NCBI GenBank assembly: GCA_965603725.1
Contig: CBFDEC010000003.1
Coordinates: 37,515-101,514, forward strand
Direction: 5' to 3'
DNA: 64,000 nt
Source: an uncultured bacterium
GTDB taxonomy: Bacteria; Zixibacteria; MSB-5A5; UBA10806; 4484-95
The notes beneath the pieces were generated by a model that did not search any database, was not told the origin of the DNA, and saw only the letters and a list, made by a program, of their open reading frames with translations. The position numbers and the translations under genes are program-made. Of this stretch, positions 26,481 to 34,950 are shown piece after piece. Numbering within the stretch: position 1 is the first letter of the stretch; each line of letters begins with the position of its first letter.

Positions 26481-27365
26481 ATGAAACGAAATCCGATATA
26501 TTTGATACTGTTCTTAATGGTTGTTTTGACTGCTGTTGATGTTGCGGCAAGAAATACAATTACACCATTCGGCAGGCCAAAATCGGTCGGTTTTGACAAC
26601 TATAAAGGCAGGGTTTACACATATTTTTGCCTGGCAAAGGGTCAGTCGATGGGATTTGCGGTCGAGGGACCGGCACAGGTTGACATAAAAAGCCGAGCCG
26701 GGCTAATAAGCGAAAACATCAGGGCTGAATATCAGGTTCAGGTCTGGGAGGATGAATACCTGGTTGCCGCTAAAAAATATAGAAGCAAACTTATTGATGC
26801 CCGGATGAAAAATACCGATCTGCTGCCGGCGGCCTCCCGGGATTTCAGTTTTGAGGCGCCCTCCGGCATCCATGAATACCGTCTCTGGCTTGTATCTGAA
26901 AACATCGACACGGTTTTTGTCAGACTTTATAGATCTGAACTTACCGATGACCGGCCTGCTGAAATCGACATGCATCTACTCAGTTATAAACGTCAGGTCC
27001 ACCTTTACTCGAAAAAGAACCAGACGCCGTATTACCTTGTTGATAAAAATGAGGGAACAAGATTAAAAGTAACCGGACCGGCAAATTTGATTATCAGGTC
27101 AAGAGCTAATTTTACTTCCTCCATGGACGGTCGTATCGGCTATACGCTTTCTGTAATGGAGGATGGCAAAGAGGTCAAGACACTTTCAGCAACCACCTCG
27201 AAATCTCTAACCATGGCTTATCAGGACTATACCGGGGTTGTGCCCTCCAAGCCGACGGAGTTTATTTTTGAAGTTCCGGCCGGTAATCATATATACAATT
27301 TCATCTTAAAAGAATCGGCGGCGGCGACTGTCAGTATTCGTTTTTCAATGCCAAAGCAAGATTAG
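26481..27365 (+). CDS. hypothetical secreted protein with two homologous beta-rich halves
   Basis: It has a signal peptide (MKRNPIYLILFLMVVLTAVDVAA). FSFEAPSGIHEYRLWLV...VFVRLY in the first half is mirrored by FIFEVPAGNHIYNFILK...VSIRFS in the second. Confidence 0.5.
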   Translation: MKRNPIYLILFLMVVLTAVDVAARNTITPFGRPKSVGFDNYKGRVYTYFCLAKGQSMGFAVEGPAQVDIKSRAGLISENIRAEYQVQVWEDEYLVAAKKYRSKLIDARMKNTDLLPAASRDFSFEAPSGIHEYRLWLVSENIDTVFVRLYRSELTDDRPAEIDMHLLSYKRQVHLYSKKNQTPYYLVDKNEGTRLKVTGPANLIIRSRANFTSSMDGRIGYTLSVMEDGKEVKTLSATTSKSLTMAYQDYTGVVPSKPTEFIFEVPAGNHIYNFILKESAAATVSIRFSMPKQD

Positions 27366-27369
27366 AATT

Positions 27370-28431
27370 ATGATATATCGAAAACAGCATAAATGCATAT
27401 CGGATTTAATCAGGTTTGCTTTTTTAGCTTTAATATTGATCATCATTACCAGTGCGCCGGTTATTACTGAAGCACACAGTATTGATTACAGCCTGAGTTT
27501 TAAAACCATATATAATGATAACATCTTAAATTACTCAGACGCCGACCTTGACCAGATGGATGATCCCTCGGCGCCGCCTAACAAATTCGGAATCCCGTCA
27601 AAAGATGATTATATTTTCAGCCCCGAATTGGAGATTATCTATAAAACCAGGTTGGCCGGTCATAGCGCCCATTTTGGTTTGAAAGGGACGTATTATTATT
27701 ACAAAAAGAACGATATAAAACGATACTATAAGGTAAAATTGTTTATTAGAAGATATTTTAATAGAAATGTATATATTCAGTCATCGGCCAGTTATCTGCC
27801 TGATTATTACTATCGAAACAGTTACAGTTCCACTGAGGGCTACCAGGAAGCTATGTTTGATAAAATCACCGGCGACATTAAACTGTCTGTAAAATTATTA
27901 AAGAAAATCAGGAGCAACCTGTATTATATATATTCGAGAAAGGATTTTATTCCTTTGTTTGATGAAAGAGATATTACCTCTCATGACTTCAAGGTCGAAA
28001 CAATCTGTCGTCCGAACAGGTTGTGGAAAGGCTGGGGGTCTTATACTTTCAGGACAGCCGCAAGCGCCGGCGCCGATGACTCTGATTACCAGCGTGATAC
28101 ATCCTATGATTCATTCCTGTTTACTCTGGGATCAAGATATTACCTTACGGGATTAAAGGGACTGGGATTTGAAATTGCCGGCCGGGTTAATTACAAGATC
28201 GTTTATTTTCAGACTGAGAAGATTACCAGCGAGGATCGTTATCGTCTTGGCCGCCAGGATAACCGCTCGTCCTTTAATTTGAGCGCAGAACATGAAATCA
28301 CATCGAAGCTGGATATAGGTTTTAATTTTAACCGGATTGTCAAGAAAACCGATCTGCCAGCGGAAGATTTAAAGGAATTTCTTGAATATTCATCCAATTC
28401 CTTTTATTTTGTATTAGGTTACGTTTTTTAG
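27370..28431 (+). CDS. hypothetical outer-membrane beta-barrel protein
   Basis: It has a signal peptide ending in ITEAHS and amphipathic Y/F-rich strands throughout. The C-terminal strand FYFVLGYVF ends in Phe, the classic OMP signature. Confidence 0.5.
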   Translation: MIYRKQHKCISDLIRFAFLALILIIITSAPVITEAHSIDYSLSFKTIYNDNILNYSDADLDQMDDPSAPPNKFGIPSKDDYIFSPELEIIYKTRLAGHSAHFGLKGTYYYYKKNDIKRYYKVKLFIRRYFNRNVYIQSSASYLPDYYYRNSYSSTEGYQEAMFDKITGDIKLSVKLLKKIRSNLYYIYSRKDFIPLFDERDITSHDFKVETICRPNRLWKGWGSYTFRTAASAGADDSDYQRDTSYDSFLFTLGSRYYLTGLKGLGFEIAGRVNYKIVYFQTEKITSEDRYRLGRQDNRSSFNLSAEHEITSKLDIGFNFNRIVKKTDLPAEDLKEFLEYSSNSFYFVLGYVF

Positions 28432-28458
28432 GTCTGTTTCAATAATTTTGCCAGGGGA

Positions 28459-29181
28459 GTGATTTTGCGCTTTACCCATTTTTATTGTTTGCTTATTATT
28501 ACTGTTATTATGTTCGGGTTTTCAAAAAATCCATCGCCGCCTGATTCTGCCGATTCTTATCAGATAGAACGTCTTGAAATGGTAGAGACTCAAATAAAAA
28601 GGCGTGGAGTTAAAGACCAGAATGTGCTGGCAGCCATGGAAAAGGTTCCCCGTCACCTGTTTGTACCTGACAATATAAAGAAATATGCCTATGAGGACGA
28701 GCCCCTTCCCATTGGGCAGGGACAAACAATCAGCCAGCCGTACATTGTTGCCCTGATGACAGAACTGTTGGAGTTAAAACAAAGTTCGAAGGTTTTGGAG
28801 ATCGGGACCGGATCGGGATACCAGGCGGCTGTTCTGGCCGAGATTTGCGATTCAGTCTATTCAATAGAGATTATCTGCGAACTTGCCGAAAGGGCTGATT
28901 CTATTTTAAAATCTTTGGCTTATAATGTTAGTGTAAGATGCGGCGATGGCTACCAGGGATGGCCGGAGACGGCTCCCTTTGAGGCAATAATTGTCACCGC
29001 CGCTCCGGAGGATGTCCCAAAACCTTTAATTAACCAGCTTGACGAGGGCGGACGGCTGGTAATACCTGTTGGGTCTTATCATCAGGAACTGAAATTAATC
29101 AGAAAAATTGAAGGCAAAATCAAGGAAATGAATGTAATACCGGTTCGCTTTGTGCCGATGACCGGCGAGGCGGAAAAATAA
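28459..29181 (+). CDS. pcm: protein-L-isoaspartate O-methyltransferase (with an N-terminal hydrophobic extension)
   Basis: [19 protein letters not shown] and [17 protein letters not shown] (the SAM motif) are present, along with GGRLVIPVG. Confidence 0.9.
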   Translation: MILRFTHFYCLLIITVIMFGFSKNPSPPDSADSYQIERLEMVETQIKRRGVKDQNVLAAMEKVPRHLFVPDNIKKYAYEDEPLPIGQGQTISQPYIVALMTELLELKQSSKVLEIGTGSGYQAAVLAEICDSVYSIEIICELAERADSILKSLAYNVSVRCGDGYQGWPETAPFEAIIVTAAPEDVPKPLINQLDEGGRLVIPVGSYHQELKLIRKIEGKIKEMNVIPVRFVPMTGEAEK

Positions 29182-29268
29182 TAATTGTTCTTGAAAAACC
29201 TGTAACAAATTGTAATCCATAGACGTAATAGAATATGAAACATAGCTGTAATCAAATGGAGGTGTTTG

Positions 29269-29727
29269 ATGGCCTACAAAAAACTGTATCGTTCTCGTGA
29301 AAATGCCATGATCGGCGGCGTCTGTGCCGGACTGGCGGAATATTTTAATATAGACCCTTCTCTGGCCAGACTGGCTACTGTTCTATTGATATTCCCGGGC
29401 GGCTTGAGTTTCTGGGCGTATATAGTTGCCTGGATTATCATTCCTCAAAAGCTGCTGGAGAGCGCCGGTGAAATTGACACTACCGCCTCACAAGGAGAAA
29501 TTGGGCAGCCGGCTGATGAGACTCGAATTGATGAGGAAGAAAAGAGCGACAAGACAAAGTTGATTGCCGGAGTTGTCCTGATTGCCCTGGGCGCTTTTTT
29601 CTTATTGAATACATTAAATATATTTGTCTGGTTTTCATTTTTTAAATTATGGCCGATTGTCATGATTGTCATCGGAGCGGTAATACTGGTAAAAGGATTA
29701 AACAGGGGTGAACGTGATGAGGGTTAG
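29269..29727 (+). CDS. PspC-domain membrane protein
   Basis: GGAGG lies 6 nt before the ATG at 29269. LYRSRENAMIGGVCAGLAEYFNIDPSLARL is the PspC domain, followed by TM helices. Confidence 0.8.
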   Translation: MAYKKLYRSRENAMIGGVCAGLAEYFNIDPSLARLATVLLIFPGGLSFWAYIVAWIIIPQKLLESAGEIDTTASQGEIGQPADETRIDEEEKSDKTKLIAGVVLIALGAFFLLNTLNIFVWFSFFKLWPIVMIVIGAVILVKGLNRGERDEG

Positions 29728-30652
29728 TTCACTGCGATGGGGTATTATCCTGGTAGGCATTGGCCTGTTTTTTATCGGGATTAACTTCGGCTATCTTAGC
29801 TATTATGTCTGGGTAGAGCTTTTAGCCCTGTGGCCGATATTGCTCATCGCCATAGGGCTGGAGTTGGCTTTTAGACGAAGCAGACTTAGTTATCTCGGGA
29901 TATTATCTCCCCTTTTAATATTTTTGACATTCGTCTATGTTGCCGCTATATCATGGGACAAAGGATATTATGATTACCAACGGTCGGACGATCGCCGGCA
30001 GAGCAGGACATATACACGGGAAGTCTACAACTATGAAATTGATCGCGATCCCGAAATTAAAAGGCTTGATCTGGACATCGATTTCGACATGGGCGAATTG
30101 TGGATAGGCCCATCATCAGACAGGCTGTTTTCAGGCGATTTTGAATATCGTTATAGAAAGCCCCGCTGCAAATACGATTCTGATGGAGATACCGGCAGAA
30201 TAAGAATCAGAACTAAAGATAGTAAGCATTTTAATATTTTCAATAAAAACAGATTTAAAAACGATGCCCGGATATTTATTGCCGATTATGTCCCGCTTGA
30301 CCTGGATCTCGACATTGGGGCCGCATACGTTGAGCTTGATTTGTATGAGCTGATTATTGATAAGTTGAGCTTAAATACCGGAGCGGCCAAAATCGAACTC
30401 AGGCTTGGCTGTCGATCAAAAGATATCTCGATTGATATTGATTCAGGCGCCTCGCAAGTCATTATAGCGGTCCCCCGGGAAATGGGGCTTGAAATGGATT
30501 CCGATGCCGCCCTGTCATCAACTAATTTTAAAAAGGCTGGCCTGGAAAAATATCAGGGTAAATACCGCTCCGATAATTATAATTCATCGGATTGCAAAGC
30601 CGATATCTCCATCGATTCCGGTGTTTCGCGAATAGAAATCGAATATTATTGA
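29717..30652 (+). CDS. LiaF-like membrane protein (LiaI-LiaF-like TM region plus a toastrack-type C-terminal domain)
   Basis: The TM segments contain LWPILLIAIGLELAF. The C-terminal repetitive beta pattern is DLDLDIGAAYVELD...DISIDIDSGASQVIIAVP...ADISIDSGVSRIEIEY. The gene overlaps the PspC gene's end. Confidence 0.5.
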   Translation: MRVSSLRWGIILVGIGLFFIGINFGYLSYYVWVELLALWPILLIAIGLELAFRRSRLSYLGILSPLLIFLTFVYVAAISWDKGYYDYQRSDDRRQSRTYTREVYNYEIDRDPEIKRLDLDIDFDMGELWIGPSSDRLFSGDFEYRYRKPRCKYDSDGDTGRIRIRTKDSKHFNIFNKNRFKNDARIFIADYVPLDLDLDIGAAYVELDLYELIIDKLSLNTGAAKIELRLGCRSKDISIDIDSGASQVIIAVPREMGLEMDSDAALSSTNFKKAGLEKYQGKYRSDNYNSSDCKADISIDSGVSRIEIEYY

Positions 30653-30754
30653 TAAGACGCCGCTAATTATATATAATCTAAGCTAATATGAGTTACGTTC
30701 ACGACTTGTTGTTGTGTTAGTGTAATGTAATTTTAGCAATGGAGCCTTAAAATC

Positions 30755-31642
30755 ATGTTTACTTTTCCGGTCAGCGGCGTTGAAACATACTGGTGGCTGC
30801 CGACGCTGGTGGCGTTTTTGATTTCATTTTTTACCTCTATGGGCGGTCTTTCCGGGGCATTTTTATTGCTGCCGTTTCAGGTCAGCATCCTGGGATTTAT
30901 TACACCGGCCGTGACCCCGACAAACCTTGTCTATAATATTTTTGCCATACCCGGCGGTGTTTATCGCTATATACGGGAAAAACGGATAGTCTGGCCGCTG
31001 GTGATTACAATTATACTCGGCATAACTCCCGGCCTGATTTTTGGAGCGTATTTGAGAGTGAAATACCTGTCAGACCCGAGAAACCTCAAACTATTTGTCG
31101 GTCTTGTACTCTTATATATAGTCATGAAATTGATAAAAGATGTTAGGGCAAAAGAGAATGGTTATAAAAATAACGATAATTTTCGAGTGAAAATTTTACG
31201 TTATAATTTCAAGAATATCGAATTTGAATTTAATGATAATATCTTTAACGCGCCAAGCGGATTGATATTTCTTTTTACTTTGTTTGTCGGCGTGATTAGC
31301 GGCGCATATGGCATAGGCGGAGGAGCAATTATCGCTCCATTTTTAGTGGCGGTTTTAGGTCTGCCCGTTTATGCTATCGCCGGGGTTACGCTGTTTGGTA
31401 CATTTTTCTCCTCGGTAACGAGCGTTGTCATTTACAGCTATTTGCTGCCGTTAGTTTCACCCGATATTTCGGCGATCAAACCTGACTGGCTTTTGGGACT
31501 ATCGTTCGGAATCGGTGGTTTTGCCGGGATTTACCTGGGCGCCCGGTTCCAGAGATATTTCCCATCGAGGTTCATCAAGGCGGTACTGGCTGTCTCACTG
31601 GCAATTGTGGTGATAAAATATGTGGGCGGATTTTTTCTGTAG
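30755..31642 (+). CDS. TauE/SafE-family anion exporter
   Basis: This polytopic membrane protein has two homologous halves and a GIGGGAIIAPFLV motif. Confidence 0.75.
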   Translation: MFTFPVSGVETYWWLPTLVAFLISFFTSMGGLSGAFLLLPFQVSILGFITPAVTPTNLVYNIFAIPGGVYRYIREKRIVWPLVITIILGITPGLIFGAYLRVKYLSDPRNLKLFVGLVLLYIVMKLIKDVRAKENGYKNNDNFRVKILRYNFKNIEFEFNDNIFNAPSGLIFLFTLFVGVISGAYGIGGGAIIAPFLVAVLGLPVYAIAGVTLFGTFFSSVTSVVIYSYLLPLVSPDISAIKPDWLLGLSFGIGGFAGIYLGARFQRYFPSRFIKAVLAVSLAIVVIKYVGGFFL

Positions 31643-31722
31643 GGATCGCCGTACTCGACCGATCAATATTGGCGTCAAGGGCGGGGACATGACGCTACAT
31701 GAAATAACTATCTTTGCAAGCA

Positions 31723-31770
31723 GTAGGACAGGTTTTCAACCTGTCCGGACAGACTGAAAGTCTGTCCTAC
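31723..31770. repeat. nested GC-rich hairpin module
   Basis: The sequence is GTAGGACAGG-TTTTCAA-CCTGTCC followed by GGACAGACT-GAAA-GTCTGTCCTAC. The outer GTAGGACAG/CTGTCCTAC arms also pair. Confidence 0.7.
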
Positions 31771-31838
31771 TTAACCTTGCGATTTATATGTCTACAGGTT
31801 GGTTTACAAAATTCTATTCCTCGTGCACCAGCTTAAAT

Positions 31839-31873
31839 GATGGCAGACGAGTTCGCCTAAGGCGAACGCCATC
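31839..31873. repeat. GC-rich hairpin module
   Basis: The sequence is GATGGC-AGACGA-GTTCGCC-TAA-GGCGAAC-GCCATC. Confidence 0.65.
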
Positions 31874-32015
31874 CACAGATAACGACCGGGCATATAGCAT
31901 TATTACTTGACTTAAACATCAATGTGTTATTAGATTTAGAGCAGTCTAAAAATAAATAAAATGCAGGGGATTAAAAATGAATTTATTCACTGATCCAATA
32001 CATGAAATAAAATAT

Positions 32016-32380
32016 TCAGTGGATGGTGTACGTCCCCGTGCACCACCTGATCAATGTTGGCGCATGAGGACATACACCAACCACCGGAAAATAAAAAAAA
32101 GAGGCGTATTCAATTCGCCCCTGCATAATCGGTTATATTAATTTAAAGATTTCCCCCGTTTACCGCTTATACTTTTCCACACCCTCAACAAAAATATTTC
32201 AGTGGATGGTGTACGTCCCCGTGCACCACCTGATCAATGTTGGCGCATGAGGACATACACCAACCACCGGAAAATAAAAAAAAGGGCGAATTTAATTCAC
32301 CCCTACGCGATCGGTTATATTAATTTAAAGAAATGTCGTTTTTACCGCTTATACTTCTCCACGCCTTCGACGAAGATATT
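32016..32380. repeat. tandem direct duplication, 2 x 183 bp
   Basis: Copy 1 is 32016-32198 and copy 2 is 32199-32380. The first 86 nt of each are identical. Each copy ends with the last 12 codons plus stop of the fumarate hydratase beta gene (read on the - strand); only copy 2 is attached to the gene. Confidence 0.9.
32276..32303 (-). terminator. Rho-independent terminator of the fumarate hydratase operon
   Basis: On the - strand, GGGTGAATT-AA-AATTCGCCC (one G-U pair) is followed by T8. It lies 39 nt after the stop at 32342. Confidence 0.7.
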
Positions 32381-32899
32381 GCCGCCGTGGCAGTCCTGGG
32401 CTACTATAGCCGGGAAGTCCTTGACTGTGAGCTTGCGCACCGCCTCCGGGCCGAGTTCCTCCCAGGCGACAACCTCAGCGCCGGTGATTCTATCGGCAAT
32501 CAAAGCGCCGGCGCCGCCGGTGGCCACCATATAGGCAGCCTTGTGCTTCTTCATCGCCTCGACTACCTCGGCGCCCATCTCTCCCTTGCCGACCATACCT
32601 TTAAGCCCTACGCCGATTACTATTGGCGAGAACTTGTTCATCCTGCCTGAGGTTGTAGGTCCGGCTGAGTTCATTACCTGGCCCGGTTTGGCTGGCGCCG
32701 GTCCCACAAAATAGATTATCTGGCCGATCGGATCAAACGGCATCTTCTCGTTTTTCTCGATAAGGTCAACCATTTTCTTATGGGCGGCATCGCGGCCGGT
32801 ATACATAGCACCGGTTATTAAAACTCGGTCGCCTGCTTTTAGCTTTTCTATATCTTCATCTTTTAAGGGCGGAGTCAATTTTATATAATCCATAATCAC
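32342..32899 (-). CDS. class I (Fe-S) fumarate hydratase, beta subunit
   Basis: ITGAMYTGRDAAHKKM and the GKGEM region are typical of the Fe-S hydro-lyase beta (tartrate/fumarate) family. The gene is adjacent to the alpha subunit. Confidence 0.85.
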   Translation of the reverse strand: MIMDYIKLTPPLKDEDIEKLKAGDRVLITGAMYTGRDAAHKKMVDLIEKNEKMPFDPIGQIIYFVGPAPAKPGQVMNSAGPTTSGRMNKFSPIVIGVGLKGMVGKGEMGAEVVEAMKKHKAAYMVATGGAGALIADRITGAEVVAWEELGPEAVRKLTVKDFPAIVAQDCHGGNIFVEGVEKYKR

Positions 32900-32904
32900 C
32901 TTCC

Positions 32905-33744
32905 TCAGATAATGGTTTCTCTATGACGGGCCGAATGACACTGCGTATTAACCGCCGCCGGCAGACTGGCGATATGACAGGGATGCACTTCGATATGCAC
33001 GGCAAGCGCGGTAGTTCTGCCGCCCAGACCCATCGGCCCGACACCGGTGTTGTTGATTCGTTCCAAAAGTTCCTCTTCCATGGCGGCATAATAGGGATCG
33101 GGATGCTTGCTGCCAACCTCACGCAACAGGGCGTGTTTGGCTATATGCGCTACCTTATCGAACAGACCGCCGATACCCACTCCAACAATCAGCGGCGGAC
33201 AGGGGTTGCCGCCGGCGATTCTTACAGTTTCAACGACGAAATCTTTCACGCCGTCCTCGCCATCGCCCGGTTTGAGCATCTTTATCCGGCTCATATTTTC
33301 CGAGCCGCCGCCTTTGGGCAGAATGGTGATTGTCACCTTATCGCCGGGTACCAGTTTGGTGGTTATGATAGCCGGTGTATTGTCGCCGGTATTCTTACGG
33401 CGGAGCGGGTCTTCAACAACCGACTTTCTCAGATAGCCGTCCTTGTAACCCTGACGGACACCCTCGTTGATCGCCTCGTTAAAATCGCCATTGAAATGCA
33501 CCTCCTGGCCTACCTCGGCAAAGACAGCGGAATATCCGGTATCCTGGCACAATGGCATCTGCTTGTCCTTGGCGATGCCGCAGTTTTTGATAATTTGATT
33601 TAAAATCTCCTTACCCAGGGGAGATTCCTCGGTTTTTTCATACTTTTTGATAGCGGAAAGGACATCATCGCCAAGATAATAGTTGGCGTCCATGCACATC
33701 TTTCTAACCGCTGAAGTAATCTCCCTCACATCAATTTCACGCAT
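32905..33744 (-). CDS. class I (Fe-S) fumarate hydratase, alpha subunit
   Basis: PLCQDTG, ILPKGGGSEN and VGVGIGG motifs belong to the Fe-S hydro-lyase alpha family. Confidence 0.85.
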   Translation of the reverse strand: MREIDVREITSAVRKMCMDANYYLGDDVLSAIKKYEKTEESPLGKEILNQIIKNCGIAKDKQMPLCQDTGYSAVFAEVGQEVHFNGDFNEAINEGVRQGYKDGYLRKSVVEDPLRRKNTGDNTPAIITTKLVPGDKVTITILPKGGGSENMSRIKMLKPGDGEDGVKDFVVETVRIAGGNPCPPLIVGVGIGGLFDKVAHIAKHALLREVGSKHPDPYYAAMEEELLERINNTGVGPMGLGGRTTALAVHIEVHPCHIASLPAAVNTQCHSARHRETII

Positions 33745-33747
33745 AAA

Positions 33748-34413
33748 CTATCCTTTGATTAATTCTATTAAAGCTATGAACATATTTTCACAGTCAGCAG
33801 CCACCTCCATGAGCCGATTGGATGCCAGTTGACCGCCGGAGGTGACCAGCTTATTGTTATGATCGATGATAACCTCAGTCGGGCGGGTAGTAATTGCCTG
33901 ACCGCCAGCCGCCTCGATTCCGGAATGCAATTTGGGATCGTTGCCTATGGTTACAACCGGACCGGTTTCGGTGATCCCTTGGATAGATTTGACCAGGAGC
34001 GGGACAGCATAACCAAAAGCCCCAATTGGCATGCCCCTTCTATAAATAGCCCGTAAAAAGGTGCGCAAATCTTGATTGACGCCAAAAGCGCCGCCCTTCT
34101 CCTCGAAATTACAGAGCTTATTGAATTCTATTTCACCGACAGTCAGTATCAATGCCTGCAGGGAACCGGGTTTTAAAGCGGCAGTACTTTTAAGGTCAAT
34201 TCCCGATAGATTTTGATAAATCGTTTCCCTTTTTGACTGTTCAGGCGGTCTGTAATCTTCATGAGAATCAAAAACTTCATCTGTGAATGTTACCGCCATA
34301 CGGAGGTAATTATGGCTTTCTATTTGATAAAAGGAGAAAACAACTTCCCAGAAAGATTCTGCAGAGAGAAGCACTCCTATTCTTTTGGGGATTTTACTTC
34401 TAAGTTCAGGCAT
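33748..34413 (-). CDS. ElbB/DJ-1-superfamily-like protein lacking the nucleophile cysteine
   Basis: RIGVLLSA, LQALILTVGE, MPIGAFGYAVPLL, VTIGND and IIDHNNKLVTS align with the ElbB pattern (KIGVILSG, ALIVPGGFG, KPLGFMCIAPAML, LTIGTD, VVDEDNKIVTTPAYM). The CIAP Cys is replaced by G. Confidence 0.5.
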   Translation of the reverse strand: MPELRSKIPKRIGVLLSAESFWEVVFSFYQIESHNYLRMAVTFTDEVFDSHEDYRPPEQSKRETIYQNLSGIDLKSTAALKPGSLQALILTVGEIEFNKLCNFEEKGGAFGVNQDLRTFLRAIYRRGMPIGAFGYAVPLLVKSIQGITETGPVVTIGNDPKLHSGIEAAGGQAITTRPTEVIIDHNNKLVTSGGQLASNRLMEVAADCENMFIALIELIKG

Positions 34414-34483
34414 TAATTCACGTGATAAAATTCACAAAAAAGCTGATAAAGAAACCCGGAAGCAAAAACTACCGGGTCATTTA

Positions 34484-34735
34484 TTATGGATTTACAGAGA
34501 CCTTTTTACGATCGCGGCCCACCCGGATGAACTTAACCACACCATCGACAGTAGCAAAAAGAGTATTATCCTTACCCATTCCAACATTATCGCCGGGATA
34601 AATTTGAGTGCCTCTCTGCCTTACTAAAATCGATCCTGCAGACACACGCTGGCCGCCATATCTTTTAACGCCGCGCCGCTGGCCTTGTGAGTCACGACCG
34701 TTTCTTGAGGATCCAACACCTTTTTTATGTGCCAT
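34484..34735 (-). CDS. rpmA: 50S ribosomal protein L27
   Basis: [24 protein letters not shown]... is near-universal L27 sequence. The start is trimmed to the ATG at 34735, which is preceded by AGGAAAGGA. Confidence 0.95.
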   Translation of the reverse strand: MAHKKGVGSSRNGRDSQGQRRGVKRYGGQRVSAGSILVRQRGTQIYPGDNVGMGKDNTLFATVDGVVKFIRVGRDRKKVSVNP

Positions 34736-34950
34736 CGTTAATTCCTTTCCTAAAAGTCCAACCAAATAATTTAACAAATTCAATCAGAATGTCAAGTTAT
34801 AAAAAAGCGGCTGCTTAAAATAGATTCCATTTCATCCGCCAATGATAAATTCGCAATAATTCAGTAATAACGCCATTAACAGGACCTTTAGGGAACGAAG
34901 TAATCTAAATTAAATCCCTGACTATAATTTGCAGATTTTAACCAGTGTTA

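Noticed and set aside
32202-32534. 110-aa ORF starting in the second 183-bp repeat unit and running antisense into the fumarate hydratase beta gene
   Set aside because: It is a GTG-started, Arg/Pro-rich frame with no Shine-Dalgarno, and most of it is the antisense shadow of a real gene. Only the short upstream ORF 31977-32141 has an RBS, and that one is mentioned as a low-confidence possibility in the findings.
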